A DNA stretch of 64,000 nucleotides, from contig SHUD01000003.1 of NCBI GenBank assembly GCA_009697505.1, positions 21,919-85,918 on the forward strand. Direction: 5' to 3'. A program made the position numbers and the translations under genes. The notes under the pieces are model-generated. The model had not been told where the DNA came from and ran no database searches. It saw only the letters and a program-made list of their open reading frames with translations. This DNA comes from Bryobacterales bacterium. GTDB lineage: Bacteria; Acidobacteriota; Terriglobia; Bryobacterales; Bryobacteraceae. This document shows positions 1 through 9,502 of the stretch, piece after piece. Each line of letters starts with the position of its first letter. Position 1 is the first letter of the stretch.

Positions 1-1466
1 AAGCGGACGCCACGCGCATCCTGTTCGGTATTAAGGAGCGCTACGAGAAATTCCACGCGGTGGCGTATACCGACGAAGCCATCGAGAGCTCGGTGCACTC
101 CTCGGTACGTTTTATTCCGGACCGCTTCCTGCCGGACAAGGCCATCGATCTGATTGACGAAGCCGGCGCGCGCGTGAAGCTACGGCAGACCACTCTGCCG
201 GGCGAAGTGGCGGACATCCAGAAGCGCATCAAGTTCATTGTGCACCGGATGGAAAACGCCATCGCCAATCACGAGTTCGAGAAGGCGCGGTTTTACTCCG
301 ACGAGGAGCGCAAGGAGCGTGAGAACCTGCGCGTACTGCGCGCAAAGTACAACCTGGATGACACCTCAACCGGCGTCGTGACCAAGGACGATATCGAGGA
401 CGTGGTGGCGCGCTGGACCGGCGTCCCCATGACCGCGATCAGGGAAGAAGAAGTATCCAAGCTCCTGCGCATCGAAGAAGAACTGCATAAGCGCATCATC
501 AGCCAGGAGAAGGCCATTTCGGCGCTGGCGCGGGCCATCCGCCGTTCGCGCGCGGGCCTGAAATCACCCAAGCGGCCGGCGGGATCGTTTCTGTTCCTGG
601 GCCCCACGGGCGTCGGCAAAACGGAAGTGGCGCGGGCGCTGGCCGAATTTCTGTTCGGCAGCGAGAAATCACTGGTACGTTTCGATATGTCCGAGTTCAT
701 GGAAAAGCACTCGGTTTCGAAGCTGATCGGCTCGCCTCCGGGTTACGTGGGTTACGAAGAGGGCGGGCAGTTGACCGAGCGCGTCAAACGCGCGCCGTAT
801 TCGATCATTTTGCTCGACGAAATCGAGAAAGCGCACCCGGATGTTTACAACATTCTGTTGCAGGTGTTTGAAGACGGCCAGTTGACCGACGGGCTCGGCA
901 ACACGGTGGACTTCAAGAACACCATCATCATCATGACTTCGAACCTGGGCGCGCGTTTCCTGGACAAGCGCAGCCCCATGGGCTTTTCCGCCCCCAGCGC
1001 CGGCGTGCCGGCCAAGGTGGAAGATCAGGTGATGAGCGAAGTGAAGAAGGCGTTCAACCCTGAATTCCTGAACCGCCTGGATGAAACCATCCTGTTCACG
1101 TCGCTCAACGACGACGACCTGCTGAAGATCATGCATCTGCTGGCCGATCAGATCAACCTGAACCTGGTCTCCAAGCAGATCAAGCTCCACCTGCACGATG
1201 ACGCGGCCAAGTACATCATCGACAAGACGCTGACGGACCGCAGCTATGGCGCGCGCCCGCTGCGCAGGGCCTTACAGAAGTACATCGAGGACCCGCTCAG
1301 CGAAGCTCTCATCCAGGGCTCGCTGCCGCGGCCATCGGAGCTCGAAGTCTACCTGAGCGAGGGCGGCATCTTCGTGCGGCCGCTGCTGGAGCAACCGGTG
1401 GGCGCGGGCGACGGCGGCGTGGCGGAAGCTCCGCTTCCGGGGATGGCGCTGTATTTGTTCGAGTAG
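1..1466 (+). CDS. clpC: ClpC/ClpA-class AAA+ chaperone ATPase, C-terminal ~488 codons (5' end outside window)
   Basis: Frame 3 is open from base 3 (ADATRILFGIKERYEKFHAV) into ORF 60..1466. It has a UVR-like linker HEFEKARFYSDEERKERENL, Walker A GPTGVGKT, Walker B IILLDEIEKAH and sensor-2 GARPLRRALQ. Confidence 0.9.
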   Translation, partial: ADATRILFGIKERYEKFHAVAYTDEAIESSVHSSVRFIPDRFLPDKAIDLIDEAGARVKLRQTTLPGEVADIQKRIKFIVHRMENAIANHEFEKARFYSDEERKERENLRVLRAKYNLDDTSTGVVTKDDIEDVVARWTGVPMTAIREEEVSKLLRIEEELHKRIISQEKAISALARAIRRSRAGLKSPKRPAGSFLFLGPTGVGKTEVARALAEFLFGSEKSLVRFDMSEFMEKHSVSKLIGSPPGYVGYEEGGQLTERVKRAPYSIILLDEIEKAHPDVYNILLQVFEDGQLTDGLGNTVDFKNTIIIMTSNLGARFLDKRSPMGFSAPSAGVPAKVEDQVMSEVKKAFNPEFLNRLDETILFTSLNDDDLLKIMHLLADQINLNLVSKQIKLHLHDDAAKYIIDKTLTDRSYGARPLRRALQKYIEDPLSEALIQGSLPRPSELEVYLSEGGIFVRPLLEQPVGAGDGGVAEAPLPGMALYLFE

Positions 1467-1479
1467 GAGCGGAACAGCG

Positions 1480-2001
1480 TTAGCGGCGTTCAGGGGTGGG
1501 AATGCCGCATTGATCGCAGAACTTTGCGAGAGGCTGAAGAGCGTGTCCGTTAGGGCAGAGTCGCTCCCAGTCTTGATCCCATAATTGGTGCCCAGAATAC
1601 AAAACAGCCAAAGCTGCGGAATAGAAAATCATCCAATGCCCGGAGAACCACCGGACAACTGGTGGGGGCATTGACCCGCTCCCTGCGTCTTTGGGAACCA
1701 CGAACAAAAAGTACGCGAAATTCAAGAAAGCGTACCCAAAGAGGCCGTAGGTCATGTACCTCATCCATTCTGGACATCCACGCAAAACGGCTTTCCAGAG
1801 ATCTTTCTGGGGATAGTTCCTGGCAAGTCGATTCGCCACCAACACAGTAGGGAGCCACACAACAAAAACTCCTACGTGTAGATCCGATGTATGGTCCCCC
1901 AGAGGACCTTGTTTCCCGAAAATAGCGGCAATGTGGGAAACCATGCTAAGCGCCAGCCCAACGGCCGCAAGCCCGGCAAAGAAGCAGAGGATCGTTCTCA
2001 T
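1480..2001 (-). CDS. Hypothetical multi-pass membrane protein with C-terminal zinc-ribbon
   Basis: 173 aa ORF with about 4 hydrophobic segments and a C-terminal CPNGH...CDQCG Cys pair-pair motif. No family recognised. Confidence 0.5.
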   Translation of the reverse strand: MRTILCFFAGLAAVGLALSMVSHIAAIFGKQGPLGDHTSDLHVGVFVVWLPTVLVANRLARNYPQKDLWKAVLRGCPEWMRYMTYGLFGYAFLNFAYFLFVVPKDAGSGSMPPPVVRWFSGHWMIFYSAALAVLYSGHQLWDQDWERLCPNGHALQPLAKFCDQCGIPTPERR

Positions 2002-2104
2002 CGCTCTATTCGTACTTTAGACGAAACTGGGCGAAGCCTGCCGCTCCATCACTGTCGCGGTTCGGCGCTGCGCACTGCGATTTCCGTGGCGAGTACCGCG
2101 GGCC

Positions 2105-2440
2105 TTACTGTTCATCGAAGAAGCCGTCACTCAAGAGCCATTCCAGGTCACGGCCGCCATGGATGACGCGGACAAGTTCAACACCGTCGTTCAATGGGAA
2201 ATAGAAGAGAAGAATCTTCTCAAATCCACCGGAAACAGGCATCCGCCGCATCCCCTGTAACTCTAATTCATGAACGAAGACCGGGGCTCCGCTTTCCGGC
2301 TGCGTGGCCAGCAGGCTGAGAGTAGCGTCCGCGGCCTGGAGAAATTTGTCCGCAACCTCGATGCCGGCATTCTCCGCGTACCAAAGCCACTGCGCAATGA
2401 GATCTCGCTTGGCGGTCTCGCGTTTCCGGACGCGGGCCAT
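2105..2440 (-). CDS. parE: ParE-family type II toxin (plasmid stabilisation protein fold)
   Basis: 111 aa. The N-terminal A.RDL..QW.W motif and C-terminal VELVRVIHGGRDL are typical of ParE/RelE toxins. It overlaps the upstream antitoxin stop by 1 nt. Confidence 0.8.
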   Translation of the reverse strand: MARVRKRETAKRDLIAQWLWYAENAGIEVADKFLQAADATLSLLATQPESGAPVFVHELELQGMRRMPVSGGFEKILLFYFPLNDGVELVRVIHGGRDLEWLLSDGFFDEQ

Positions 2441-2709
2441 CAGGCCTTCTTGCGGGCTTTGCGCGCCTCAAATTGCTTCAAGGCTGCTTTGCGGATATCG
2501 GCCCAGTCCCGGCGCGTCATCGGGGTAGCGGCGCCGCTCCGAACGCCTTCCATGAGCATCGCTTCGAGCTTGTGTTGGGCTTTGCGCTTCTCGTCGCCGC
2601 GGATCAGATCCCGAACATATTCGCTGACGCTGCTGTAGCCGCCGGAACCAACTTGATTGTCAACGAACTCTTTGAGCTGATCCGGCAGGGAGATATTCAT
2701 CGTCTGCAT
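2440..2709 (-). CDS. parD: ParD-family (RHH/CopG-like) type II antitoxin
   Basis: 89 aa. MNISLPDQLKEFVDNQVGSGGYSSVSEYVRDLIR matches the ribbon-helix-helix ParD/COG3609 pattern. It sits immediately upstream of parE. Confidence 0.8.
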   Translation of the reverse strand: MQTMNISLPDQLKEFVDNQVGSGGYSSVSEYVRDLIRGDEKRKAQHKLEAMLMEGVRSGAATPMTRRDWADIRKAALKQFEARKARKKA

Positions 2710-2745
2710 GAGGCACCTTTGGTTTCTGGCTTCACGATATCATGC

Positions 2746-2762
2746 ATGGCAAATTATGGCAA
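2746..2762 (-). promoter_or_regulatory. Candidate ParD operator: direct repeat TTGCCAT-N3-TTGCCAT overlapping a TTGCCA-N17-TATCGT promoter-like element
   Basis: The plus strand reads ATGGCAA ATT ATGGCAA at 2746-2762, with 10 bp periodicity, 37-53 nt upstream of the parD start. Confidence 0.35.
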
Positions 2763-2915
2763 GAGTTGCTATCGCTCCCTGGTGACGATGGCCGGTGGGC
2801 GGACTACGATAGAAACCGGAAGACCTTTGCGCGAGGTCTAGCGTGAGGTCGGTCAGCTCGGTACGCTGTGGCGGGCCGTCGCCAATTAAAGACCGGTTTG
2901 CCGGTTCACCAGCTA

Positions 2916-3971
2916 CTACTTCTGCGGCCAATACTGGGGTCGCACGCGGATGACGGCGCCGGGGCGGGAGGGGATCGCGACGCGGATCTCGTGGGGGCCG
3001 TCCTTCGTGCTGGCCGCGGGCACAAAGCTGAGCAGATACTGGCTGTGAATCTCTTCGCCCGCGCGTGAAATCACGGCCTCCAGCATAGGCAGCGTGACGA
3101 AGGAGAGCTGCCGCCCTCCGGTCGCCCGCGCCAGCGCCGTCGTGACGTTGGCTTTGCCCAGGCGGCCGAGTTCCGTAGCGCCGCCCAGCAGGTCCACGTT
3201 ACTGGCCGCGCTGTTCTCGGCTGCGCCGCGCGCACCGCTGCGAGGGGCGTCGACTTGCTTGTCGCCCGGATCACGCGGCTGCGGCATGGACGGGCTGTTG
3301 GCCGGGCGCGAGGCGAAGGCCGAAGCGCTTACGGAGTACGTTGCGGTGTAGATCACCACGCCCGCGCGCTGGGCCATTTCCATGGCGGTCTTCAAGTTCG
3401 CCGTGCTGCCGCGGTCGCGCGATTCGCTCAGGATCAGCATTACGCGGCGGTTGTTGGGCGAGCGCGTGTCCAACAACTTGACGCCTTCCAGAACCGCATC
3501 GAGCAAGCGCGCGGTGCGGATGCTGCGGCTGCGGATGCCCAGAAAAGCCGCGCCGATGGCTCCCGAGTCGGTGGTGAAGTCCGTGCGCAGGCGCAGTTCG
3601 TCGTCGAATTCCATGACGGCGGCCTGGCCGCGCGCGCCGATCACCAGGGGCTTGATGAGCCCCCCGACGCGCTCGATGCGCGCCAATGCCGGCGCGGAGA
3701 TCGCGCTGGCTTGAATCAGCACGACCAGCGATACGGGAGCCACCACCAGGTCGGAGGTATCCATACGGATCTTCTGCGGCTTGCCGTCGTCGGTGAGCCG
3801 GAAGTCGTCAACGGTGAGGCCGTCGATGAAGGCGCCCTTGCGGTCGGTGACGGTAACCGGCGCCAGTACCAAGGGGACGTTTGCTTGAATGGCAGGGCTC
3901 TCCGGCTCCTGCTGCGCGGAGACGGGCAGAAGCGCCAGGAGTGCGGCGAAGGCAAGAAAGAAACGGACCAC
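2916..3971 (-). CDS. Secreted VWA domain protein (acidobacterial VWFA-related, TIGR03436-like)
   Basis: Signal peptide MVRFFLAFAALLALLPVSAQ. The N-terminal VPLVLAPVTVTDRKGAFIDGLTVDDFRLTDDGKPQKI block is characteristic of this family. Confidence 0.75.
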   Translation of the reverse strand: MVRFFLAFAALLALLPVSAQQEPESPAIQANVPLVLAPVTVTDRKGAFIDGLTVDDFRLTDDGKPQKIRMDTSDLVVAPVSLVVLIQASAISAPALARIERVGGLIKPLVIGARGQAAVMEFDDELRLRTDFTTDSGAIGAAFLGIRSRSIRTARLLDAVLEGVKLLDTRSPNNRRVMLILSESRDRGSTANLKTAMEMAQRAGVVIYTATYSVSASAFASRPANSPSMPQPRDPGDKQVDAPRSGARGAAENSAASNVDLLGGATELGRLGKANVTTALARATGGRQLSFVTLPMLEAVISRAGEEIHSQYLLSFVPAASTKDGPHEIRVAIPSRPGAVIRVRPQYWPQK

Positions 3972-4011
3972 GTATTTATAAGACGCCTAACTTCAGAGTA
4001 GCGTTTCGAAT

Positions 4012-5169
4012 TTACTTCTTCACGTGCTTGCCGATCCAGTCGGCCATGAGCTTGGCGATTTCCAGGTTGTTCTTCTCAAGCATCATCATGTGGCCGTTGC
4101 CGTGAATGCCTTTCGCGCCCAGCGCAATATGTTCATTCGCCACGCCCATCTGGGTCAGATATTGCGAAGTGCAGTGGTCGTAGGGGGCGTGATAGGACGC
4201 CTCGCCGGTGACGATCACGATGGGGATTCCGGCGAGTTTCGGCATCTTATGAGGCACGGTGGCTACCCAGCAGGCTTGGAGGTCAGCGGCCTGTGGCTTG
4301 TCTTCGCGCTTGGGTGCCAAGTCGGAAACGTTTTTCACAGGCGGATCGTAGGTCAGGTGATCGTAGGCCACGCCGTAGGTCCGTAGAGCGGTCGGGTCGG
4401 CGGTGGCGGTCGGCACGGTGTTATAGAAGGGCGGCCCGGCGGGCTCGACGGCAACGATGCCCTTGACCAGCTCCGGCACGTCGTCGGCGATCATCCAGCC
4501 GAAAGGCCCGGAGCGCGAGTGCGTCATGACGATGGCTGGTCCGATCTTGCGCAGCAGGGCGGCTCCCGCGCCGCGGTTGGCGGAATCCATGATCAGGTTG
4601 CCGGCGATGGAAGGATTTTGCGAGGCGAAGAACTGCTCGAAAATAGCGTCGCCGCGCATACCCGTGCCGGGCCATTGCGTGTGCAGCTTGGCCTGCGGCC
4701 AGATGTTGTATTTCTCGATCGCCGTAAACTGGCGCTCGGTGGTGACGATGTTCGGTTCGGCCAGCATTCCGTCGGCGGCAGCGTTGTAGCGGGAGCGGCC
4801 GCGCGCGACTTGGTCGACGATGTAGACGGGGAAGCCGCGGCGCAGGAAGTATTCGGCCCAACCGGGGCGGTCGTCCGGCGTTCCCAGAAAATTGCTGCCG
4901 TTCTGGGCATTGCCGTGAATCATCACGATGGGGTAGGGCGCGGTAACTTTGGCCGGGATCTGATATTCGACAAACATCTGATCCACGGTGGCCCCGCCGG
5001 CGGTGCGTCCTCCGGCGTAGAAGTAGCCTTGCTTGGCGATCGACAGAGGCACGGGGGCGTTGCCACCGGCGGCGCTACTGGCGACAACTCCAGCCAGAAC
5101 CAACGTCACGACAAGGGCAGCAACGATGGATTTGCGGGTGGTCATAGGGGCCTCCAATCCTGGTGACAA
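4012..5169 (-). CDS. Secreted alpha/beta-fold hydrolase
   Basis: Signal-like N-terminus, an oxyanion-region IVMIHGN motif and nucleophile-elbow-like MTHSRSG. Confidence 0.7.
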   Translation of the reverse strand: MSPGLEAPMTTRKSIVAALVVTLVLAGVVASSAAGGNAPVPLSIAKQGYFYAGGRTAGGATVDQMFVEYQIPAKVTAPYPIVMIHGNAQNGSNFLGTPDDRPGWAEYFLRRGFPVYIVDQVARGRSRYNAAADGMLAEPNIVTTERQFTAIEKYNIWPQAKLHTQWPGTGMRGDAIFEQFFASQNPSIAGNLIMDSANRGAGAALLRKIGPAIVMTHSRSGPFGWMIADDVPELVKGIVAVEPAGPPFYNTVPTATADPTALRTYGVAYDHLTYDPPVKNVSDLAPKREDKPQAADLQACWVATVPHKMPKLAGIPIVIVTGEASYHAPYDHCTSQYLTQMGVANEHIALGAKGIHGNGHMMMLEKNNLEIAKLMADWIGKHVKK

Positions 5170-5218
5170 TTATCGCAAATGTGATTGCGCCTATCGGTTC
5201 GCGTTACCCTAGTCTCTA

Positions 5219-6763
5219 ATGTCAGACCGGATGGAAGAACTGCGGCGCCGTCATGCGGCGGCGGAAGCGGGGGGCGGCGCGGAGCGACAGGCGCGCCAGC
5301 ACGCCGAAGGCAAGCTTTACGCTCGCGAGCGCATCGATCTCCTGCTCGATGAAGGCACGTTTGAGGAGATGGACAAGCTGGTCCGCCACCACTGCCGCGA
5401 TTTCGGCATGGATGAGCAGGTGATCGACGGCGATGGCTTCATCACCGGCTACGGGTTGATCCACGGCCGTCCGGCGTACGTGTTCGCGCAGGATTTCACG
5501 GTCTTTGGCGGGTCGCTGTCGGAAGCGAATGCGAAGAAGATCGTCAAGATCATGGATCTGGCGATGAAGACGGGCGCGCCGGTCATCGGACTCAATGACT
5601 CCGGAGGCGCGCGCATTCAGGAAGGCGTGCTTTCGCTGGGCGGCTATGCCGATATTTTTCTGCGCAACACGCTGGCGAGCGGCGTGATTCCGCAGATCTC
5701 GGCGATTATGGGGCCGTGCGCCGGCGGCGCGGTGTACTCCCCTGCTCTGACGGATTTTGTGTTCATGGTCGACAAGACCAGCTACATGTTCGTAACGGGG
5801 CCGGAGGTGATCAAGACGGTCACGCATGAGGATGTGACGAAAGAGGCGCTGGGCGGCGCGGCCACGCACAACGCCACCAGCGGCGTGGCGCACTTCCAAT
5901 CGCATGACGACGCGGAATGCCTGCGGACGATTCGCGAGCTCATGAGCTACCTGCCGCAGAACAATCGCGACGCAGCGCCCGCGGGGAATACGGACGATCC
6001 GGCCGATCGCGAAGACGTGGCTCTCGACACGCTGGTTCCGGCGGAGTCCCATCAGCCTTACGACATCAAGGACGTGATCCGGCGCGTGGCCGATCACGGC
6101 GAGTTTTTGGAAGTGCATGAGCACTGGGCGCGCAACATCGTCGTCGGCTTCATCCGCATGGAGGGACGCAGCGTCGGCGTGGTGGCCAATCAGCCGGCGT
6201 TCCTGGCCGGTTGCCTGGATATCGACTCTTCGACGAAGGGAGCGCGGTTCGTGCGCTTCTGCGACGCGTTCAATATTCCGATTCTGACTTTCGAAGACGT
6301 GCCGGGCTTCCTGCCTGGGACGGCGCAGGAATTCGGGGGAATCATCCGGCATGGGGCCAAGCTCCTGTATGCGTACGCGGAGGCGACGGTGCCCAAAATC
6401 ACCGTGATTACGCGTAAGGCCTACGGAGGCGCCTATTGCGTCATGGGGTCCAAGCACCTGCGGACGGACGTGAATCTGGCCTGGCCCACGGCCGAGATTG
6501 CAGTGATGGGCGCGGAGGGCGCGGTGAGCATTGTCTACCGCCGGGAGTTGGCTGCCGCGGATAAGCCGGAGGCCGTCCGCCAGGAGAAGATCGAGGAATT
6601 CCGGGAGCGCTTCGCCAGTCCTTTTGTGGCGGCGGAGAACGGTTTCGTCGACGATGTGATCGAGCCTCGCCAGACGCGTCCGCGCGTGATCCGCGCGCTG
6701 CGCATGCTGGCGACCAAAGTGGATACCATGCCGAGGAAGAAGCACGGAAATATCCCGCTCTGA
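5219..6763 (+). CDS. pccB: Acyl-CoA (propionyl/methylmalonyl-CoA) carboxyltransferase beta subunit
   Basis: 514 aa with carboxyltransferase motifs [10 protein letters not shown] and [17 protein letters not shown]. Length is typical of the family. Confidence 0.9.
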   Translation: MSDRMEELRRRHAAAEAGGGAERQARQHAEGKLYARERIDLLLDEGTFEEMDKLVRHHCRDFGMDEQVIDGDGFITGYGLIHGRPAYVFAQDFTVFGGSLSEANAKKIVKIMDLAMKTGAPVIGLNDSGGARIQEGVLSLGGYADIFLRNTLASGVIPQISAIMGPCAGGAVYSPALTDFVFMVDKTSYMFVTGPEVIKTVTHEDVTKEALGGAATHNATSGVAHFQSHDDAECLRTIRELMSYLPQNNRDAAPAGNTDDPADREDVALDTLVPAESHQPYDIKDVIRRVADHGEFLEVHEHWARNIVVGFIRMEGRSVGVVANQPAFLAGCLDIDSSTKGARFVRFCDAFNIPILTFEDVPGFLPGTAQEFGGIIRHGAKLLYAYAEATVPKITVITRKAYGGAYCVMGSKHLRTDVNLAWPTAEIAVMGAEGAVSIVYRRELAAADKPEAVRQEKIEEFRERFASPFVAAENGFVDDVIEPRQTRPRVIRALRMLATKVDTMPRKKHGNIPL

Positions 6764-6805
6764 GCGACTGAGAAGTAGGACCGCCCCCAGGCACTAACCC
6801 TTCAC

Positions 6806-7681
6806 ATGGATTTTAGTCTGGGCTTAGGCGTGCTGGCGTGCCTCTCCACTCCGTTGGCGTGGTGGTATTCCGGGCGCCGCGCGACGCGTAAGGCGGCCGA
6901 CGAGACGGCGCCGGTTAGCGTGCAACCGGAGCACCCGTCCGACGACCTGGCTGGTGTCAATGCGGAACTGCGGCGGGCCAATGCCGAGTTGAGGGATTTT
7001 GCCCACATCGCCTCTCACGATCTGCAGGAACCGCTGCGGATGATCACCAGCTATCTGCAACTGCTGGAACGGCGTTATGGAGACCAGTTGGACCCGGAGG
7101 CGCGGGAGTTCATCGCTTTCGCGGTGGACGGGGCGACGCGGATGAAGAGCCTGATTCGGGATCTCCTGAGTTTTTCACAGGCGGGAACCGCGGTTGCGAA
7201 CTTCCGGCCGGTAGCAGCCACCATGTTGCTGGATCAGGCTCTTGCCAATTTGGAAGTCGCGATTGAAGAAAGCGAGGCCCACATCACCACGGACCCGCTT
7301 CCGGAGATCGTCGCCGACTCGAACCTGCTGGTGCAAGTGTTCCAGAACCTGATCGGGAATGCGATTAAATTCCACGCCGACACACCTCCCTCCATTCACG
7401 TCTCGGCTACGGAACAGGATTCTTCCTGGGTGTTCGCCATTCGCGACAACGGAATCGGCATAGACCAGCAACACGGCGCGAGAGTTTTCCAGATCTTCGA
7501 GCGCCTGCATGGCGCTGACCAGTATCCGGGCACGGGCGTAGGGCTTGCGATCGTCCAGAAAATTGTCGACCGGCATGGAGGAACGATCTGGTTCAAATCC
7601 CAAGTAGGATCCGGAACCACGTTCTATTTCTCAATCCCGATTCAGCACGGAATGGCGATGGCACAAACGAATTCGGTTTGA
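6806..7681 (+). CDS. Sensor histidine kinase (HisKA + HATPase_c) with short N-terminus and no obvious sensor domain
   Basis: H-box IASHDLQEPLR, N-box NLIGNAIKF, and G-boxes DNGIGI and GTGVGLAI. Confidence 0.85.
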   Translation: MDFSLGLGVLACLSTPLAWWYSGRRATRKAADETAPVSVQPEHPSDDLAGVNAELRRANAELRDFAHIASHDLQEPLRMITSYLQLLERRYGDQLDPEAREFIAFAVDGATRMKSLIRDLLSFSQAGTAVANFRPVAATMLLDQALANLEVAIEESEAHITTDPLPEIVADSNLLVQVFQNLIGNAIKFHADTPPSIHVSATEQDSSWVFAIRDNGIGIDQQHGARVFQIFERLHGADQYPGTGVGLAIVQKIVDRHGGTIWFKSQVGSGTTFYFSIPIQHGMAMAQTNSV

Positions 7682-7726
7682 TGAGAACATCGCTTGCGCG
7701 CCTCCACTAAGAGTTGTTGCCGCGCG

Positions 7727-8251
7727 ATGCCGTCCCGTTCTTCCGTTCCCCGCAAGCCCGTCGAGATACTCCTGGTCGAGGATAATCCGGGAGATGTCCG
7801 CCTCATGCGGGAAGCGCTCAAGGAAGGGGGCTTTCTCAAGAGGTTGAACGTCGCCAAGGACGGCGAACAGGCGCTGGCTTTCCTGCTCCGGCAGGGACCT
7901 TATGAAGAAGTGGCCGCGCCGGCGCTTGTCCTCCTGGACCTGAATCTGCCGCGTAAGAATGGCCGCGAGGTGCTAGCCGAGATCAAGGGAGAGAAAACTC
8001 TGCGGCACATTCCGGTGTTTGTGGTATCCACTTCCACGCGGCAAGAGGATATCGCCGCAGCCTACGACCTGCACGCCAACTGCTATATTCCGAAACCGCA
8101 TGACCTCGAAGGCCTGATCGAAATGGGGCGTTTGATCGAGGCGTTCTGGCTGAAGATGGTGGTACTGCCGAGTGCGGCGCTTCCCACTCCGTTCCCGCCA
8201 GCTAAGGTCAACTCGCGGATTCGGCCGCCAGCTTCTCGAAAAATTTCTTAA
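7727..8251 (+). CDS. Single-domain response regulator (Rcp1-like receiver)
   Basis: ILLVEDNPGDVRLM, phospho-acceptor context LVLLDLNLP and a conserved Lys in YIPKP. ATG 7727 is preferred over the TTG at 7694. The 3' end overlaps convergent coxG by 44 nt. Confidence 0.85.
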   Translation: MPSRSSVPRKPVEILLVEDNPGDVRLMREALKEGGFLKRLNVAKDGEQALAFLLRQGPYEEVAAPALVLLDLNLPRKNGREVLAEIKGEKTLRHIPVFVVSTSTRQEDIAAAYDLHANCYIPKPHDLEGLIEMGRLIEAFWLKMVVLPSAALPTPFPPAKVNSRIRPPASRKIS

Positions 8252-8645
8252 TCATCATCTTTGAAGTGCCGTCGATCAGACGCTGCCCGATCGCCGCCAT
8301 GGTGCCGCCAATTTGCGCGTCGCCCTCATAGGCGACTTCGGTGCCTTCGCCTGACGGGGTCAGTTTCAGCAGGCCCTCGCCTTTGACGAAGCCGATCTTG
8401 GAGCTGCCCTCCACCAGTAAACGAAAACTCGAGGGCGGGGACTGATCGGTGATCTTGACCTTGCCCTCGAAGGCACCGGAGAGGCTCGCCAGCGCCATCT
8501 TCATCTTCATTCGGTACTCGTCGGGGCCGGTCTGTTCGAGACCTTCGCAGCCGGGAATCGCGCGAGCGAGCATCGCCGGATCCTGCATGACAGCGTACGC
8601 CCGCTCCCGCGGAAGCGGCAGAGTGTAGGAACCTGAAATCTTCAC
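8208..8645 (-). CDS. coxG: CoxG-like SRPBCC protein (CO dehydrogenase subunit G family)
   Basis: VKISGSYTLPLPRERAYAVMQDPAMLARAIPGCE matches the CoxG pattern. GTG at 8645 lies just downstream of the coxM stop (8650-8652). The longer track ORF (to 8894) is an antisense-type extension into coxM. Confidence 0.75.
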   Translation of the reverse strand: MKISGSYTLPLPRERAYAVMQDPAMLARAIPGCEGLEQTGPDEYRMKMKMALASLSGAFEGKVKITDQSPPSSFRLLVEGSSKIGFVKGEGLLKLTPSGEGTEVAYEGDAQIGGTMAAIGQRLIDGTSKMMIKKFFEKLAAESAS

Positions 8646-8649
8646 CTGG

Positions 8650-9501
8650 TCAGGCCTTGCTTGCCGCCGCTGTGATGGCACGGGCCGCATACACGGAAGC
8701 CAGGTGCCTGCGGTAATCGGCTGAGGCGTGCAAATCAGAGTTGGCGTCGATACCCTGCGCCACCAGCGCCGCCGCTTTCGTGATGTCATCGGCGGAACCC
8801 GCGCTGCCTTCGAGAGCCTTCTCCGCGGCCCAGGCGCGGTAGCCGATGTTGGACAGGCCCGTGACGCCGATGCGGGCCAGCGTGATTTTTCCACCGCTCC
8901 GCTGCACGCGCACGGCCACGCCCACGATGGCGAAGCCGCTGGCGGGTTGTGGCATCTTGAGATAACTGGTGCCCGTGCCGGCCTGCTCGACCGGAACGAC
9001 GACCTCGCGGACGACTTCGCCGGATTCGAGCGACGTCGTGAACGCGTCGACGAAGAAATCGGCCGCGCTCACGGTGCGCTCGCCCTTCGCTCCGCGGATG
9101 ACGATTTTGGCTTCGAGAGCCTGCAAGGCAGCGGGGTAATCCGCCGCCGGATCGGCGTGCGCGACGCTGCCGCCCATGGTGCCGACGTTGCGGATCTGCG
9201 GGTCGCCGATCGCTCCCGCGGCCGCCGATAGTAAGGGACACTTGCCGCGCACCAGCGCCGAACTTTCCACGGAGTAGTGAGTGGTGGTGGCGCCGATGTG
9301 CAGTTCGCCCGCGGCTTCGCGGATGTAGTCGAGGTCTTTGATGCGGCCGAGGTCGACCAGATGCTCCGGCGTGGCCAGGCGCAGCTTCATCATGGGGATC
9401 AGGCTCATGCCGCCGGCCAGCGGCTTGCCGCCGCTTGCGAGCAGGGCCATGGCCTCGTCCAGAGTCTTGGGAGCCGTGTATTCAAAAGTCTGCGGAATCA
9501 T
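8650..9501 (-). CDS. coxM: Xanthine dehydrogenase-family FAD-binding medium subunit (CoxM-like)
   Basis: 283 aa with FAD-binding LAGGMSLIPMMKLR. Located between coxL and coxG. Confidence 0.85.
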   Translation of the reverse strand: MIPQTFEYTAPKTLDEAMALLASGGKPLAGGMSLIPMMKLRLATPEHLVDLGRIKDLDYIREAAGELHIGATTTHYSVESSALVRGKCPLLSAAAGAIGDPQIRNVGTMGGSVAHADPAADYPAALQALEAKIVIRGAKGERTVSAADFFVDAFTTSLESGEVVREVVVPVEQAGTGTSYLKMPQPASGFAIVGVAVRVQRSGGKITLARIGVTGLSNIGYRAWAAEKALEGSAGSADDITKAAALVAQGIDANSDLHASADYRRHLASVYAARAITAAASKA

Positions 9502-9502
9502 C

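Noticed and set aside
5222-6745. 507 aa ORF antisense to the carboxyltransferase gene
   Set aside because: It mirrors a well-supported gene almost end to end. Its Arg/His/Ala/Gly-rich composition is typical of antisense frames in high-GC DNA, and it has no recognisable motifs.
8646-8894. N-terminal 83 codons of track ORF 8208..8894
   Set aside because: This part overlaps coxM in another frame and is Arg/Pro-rich. CoxG similarity begins at GTG 8645.
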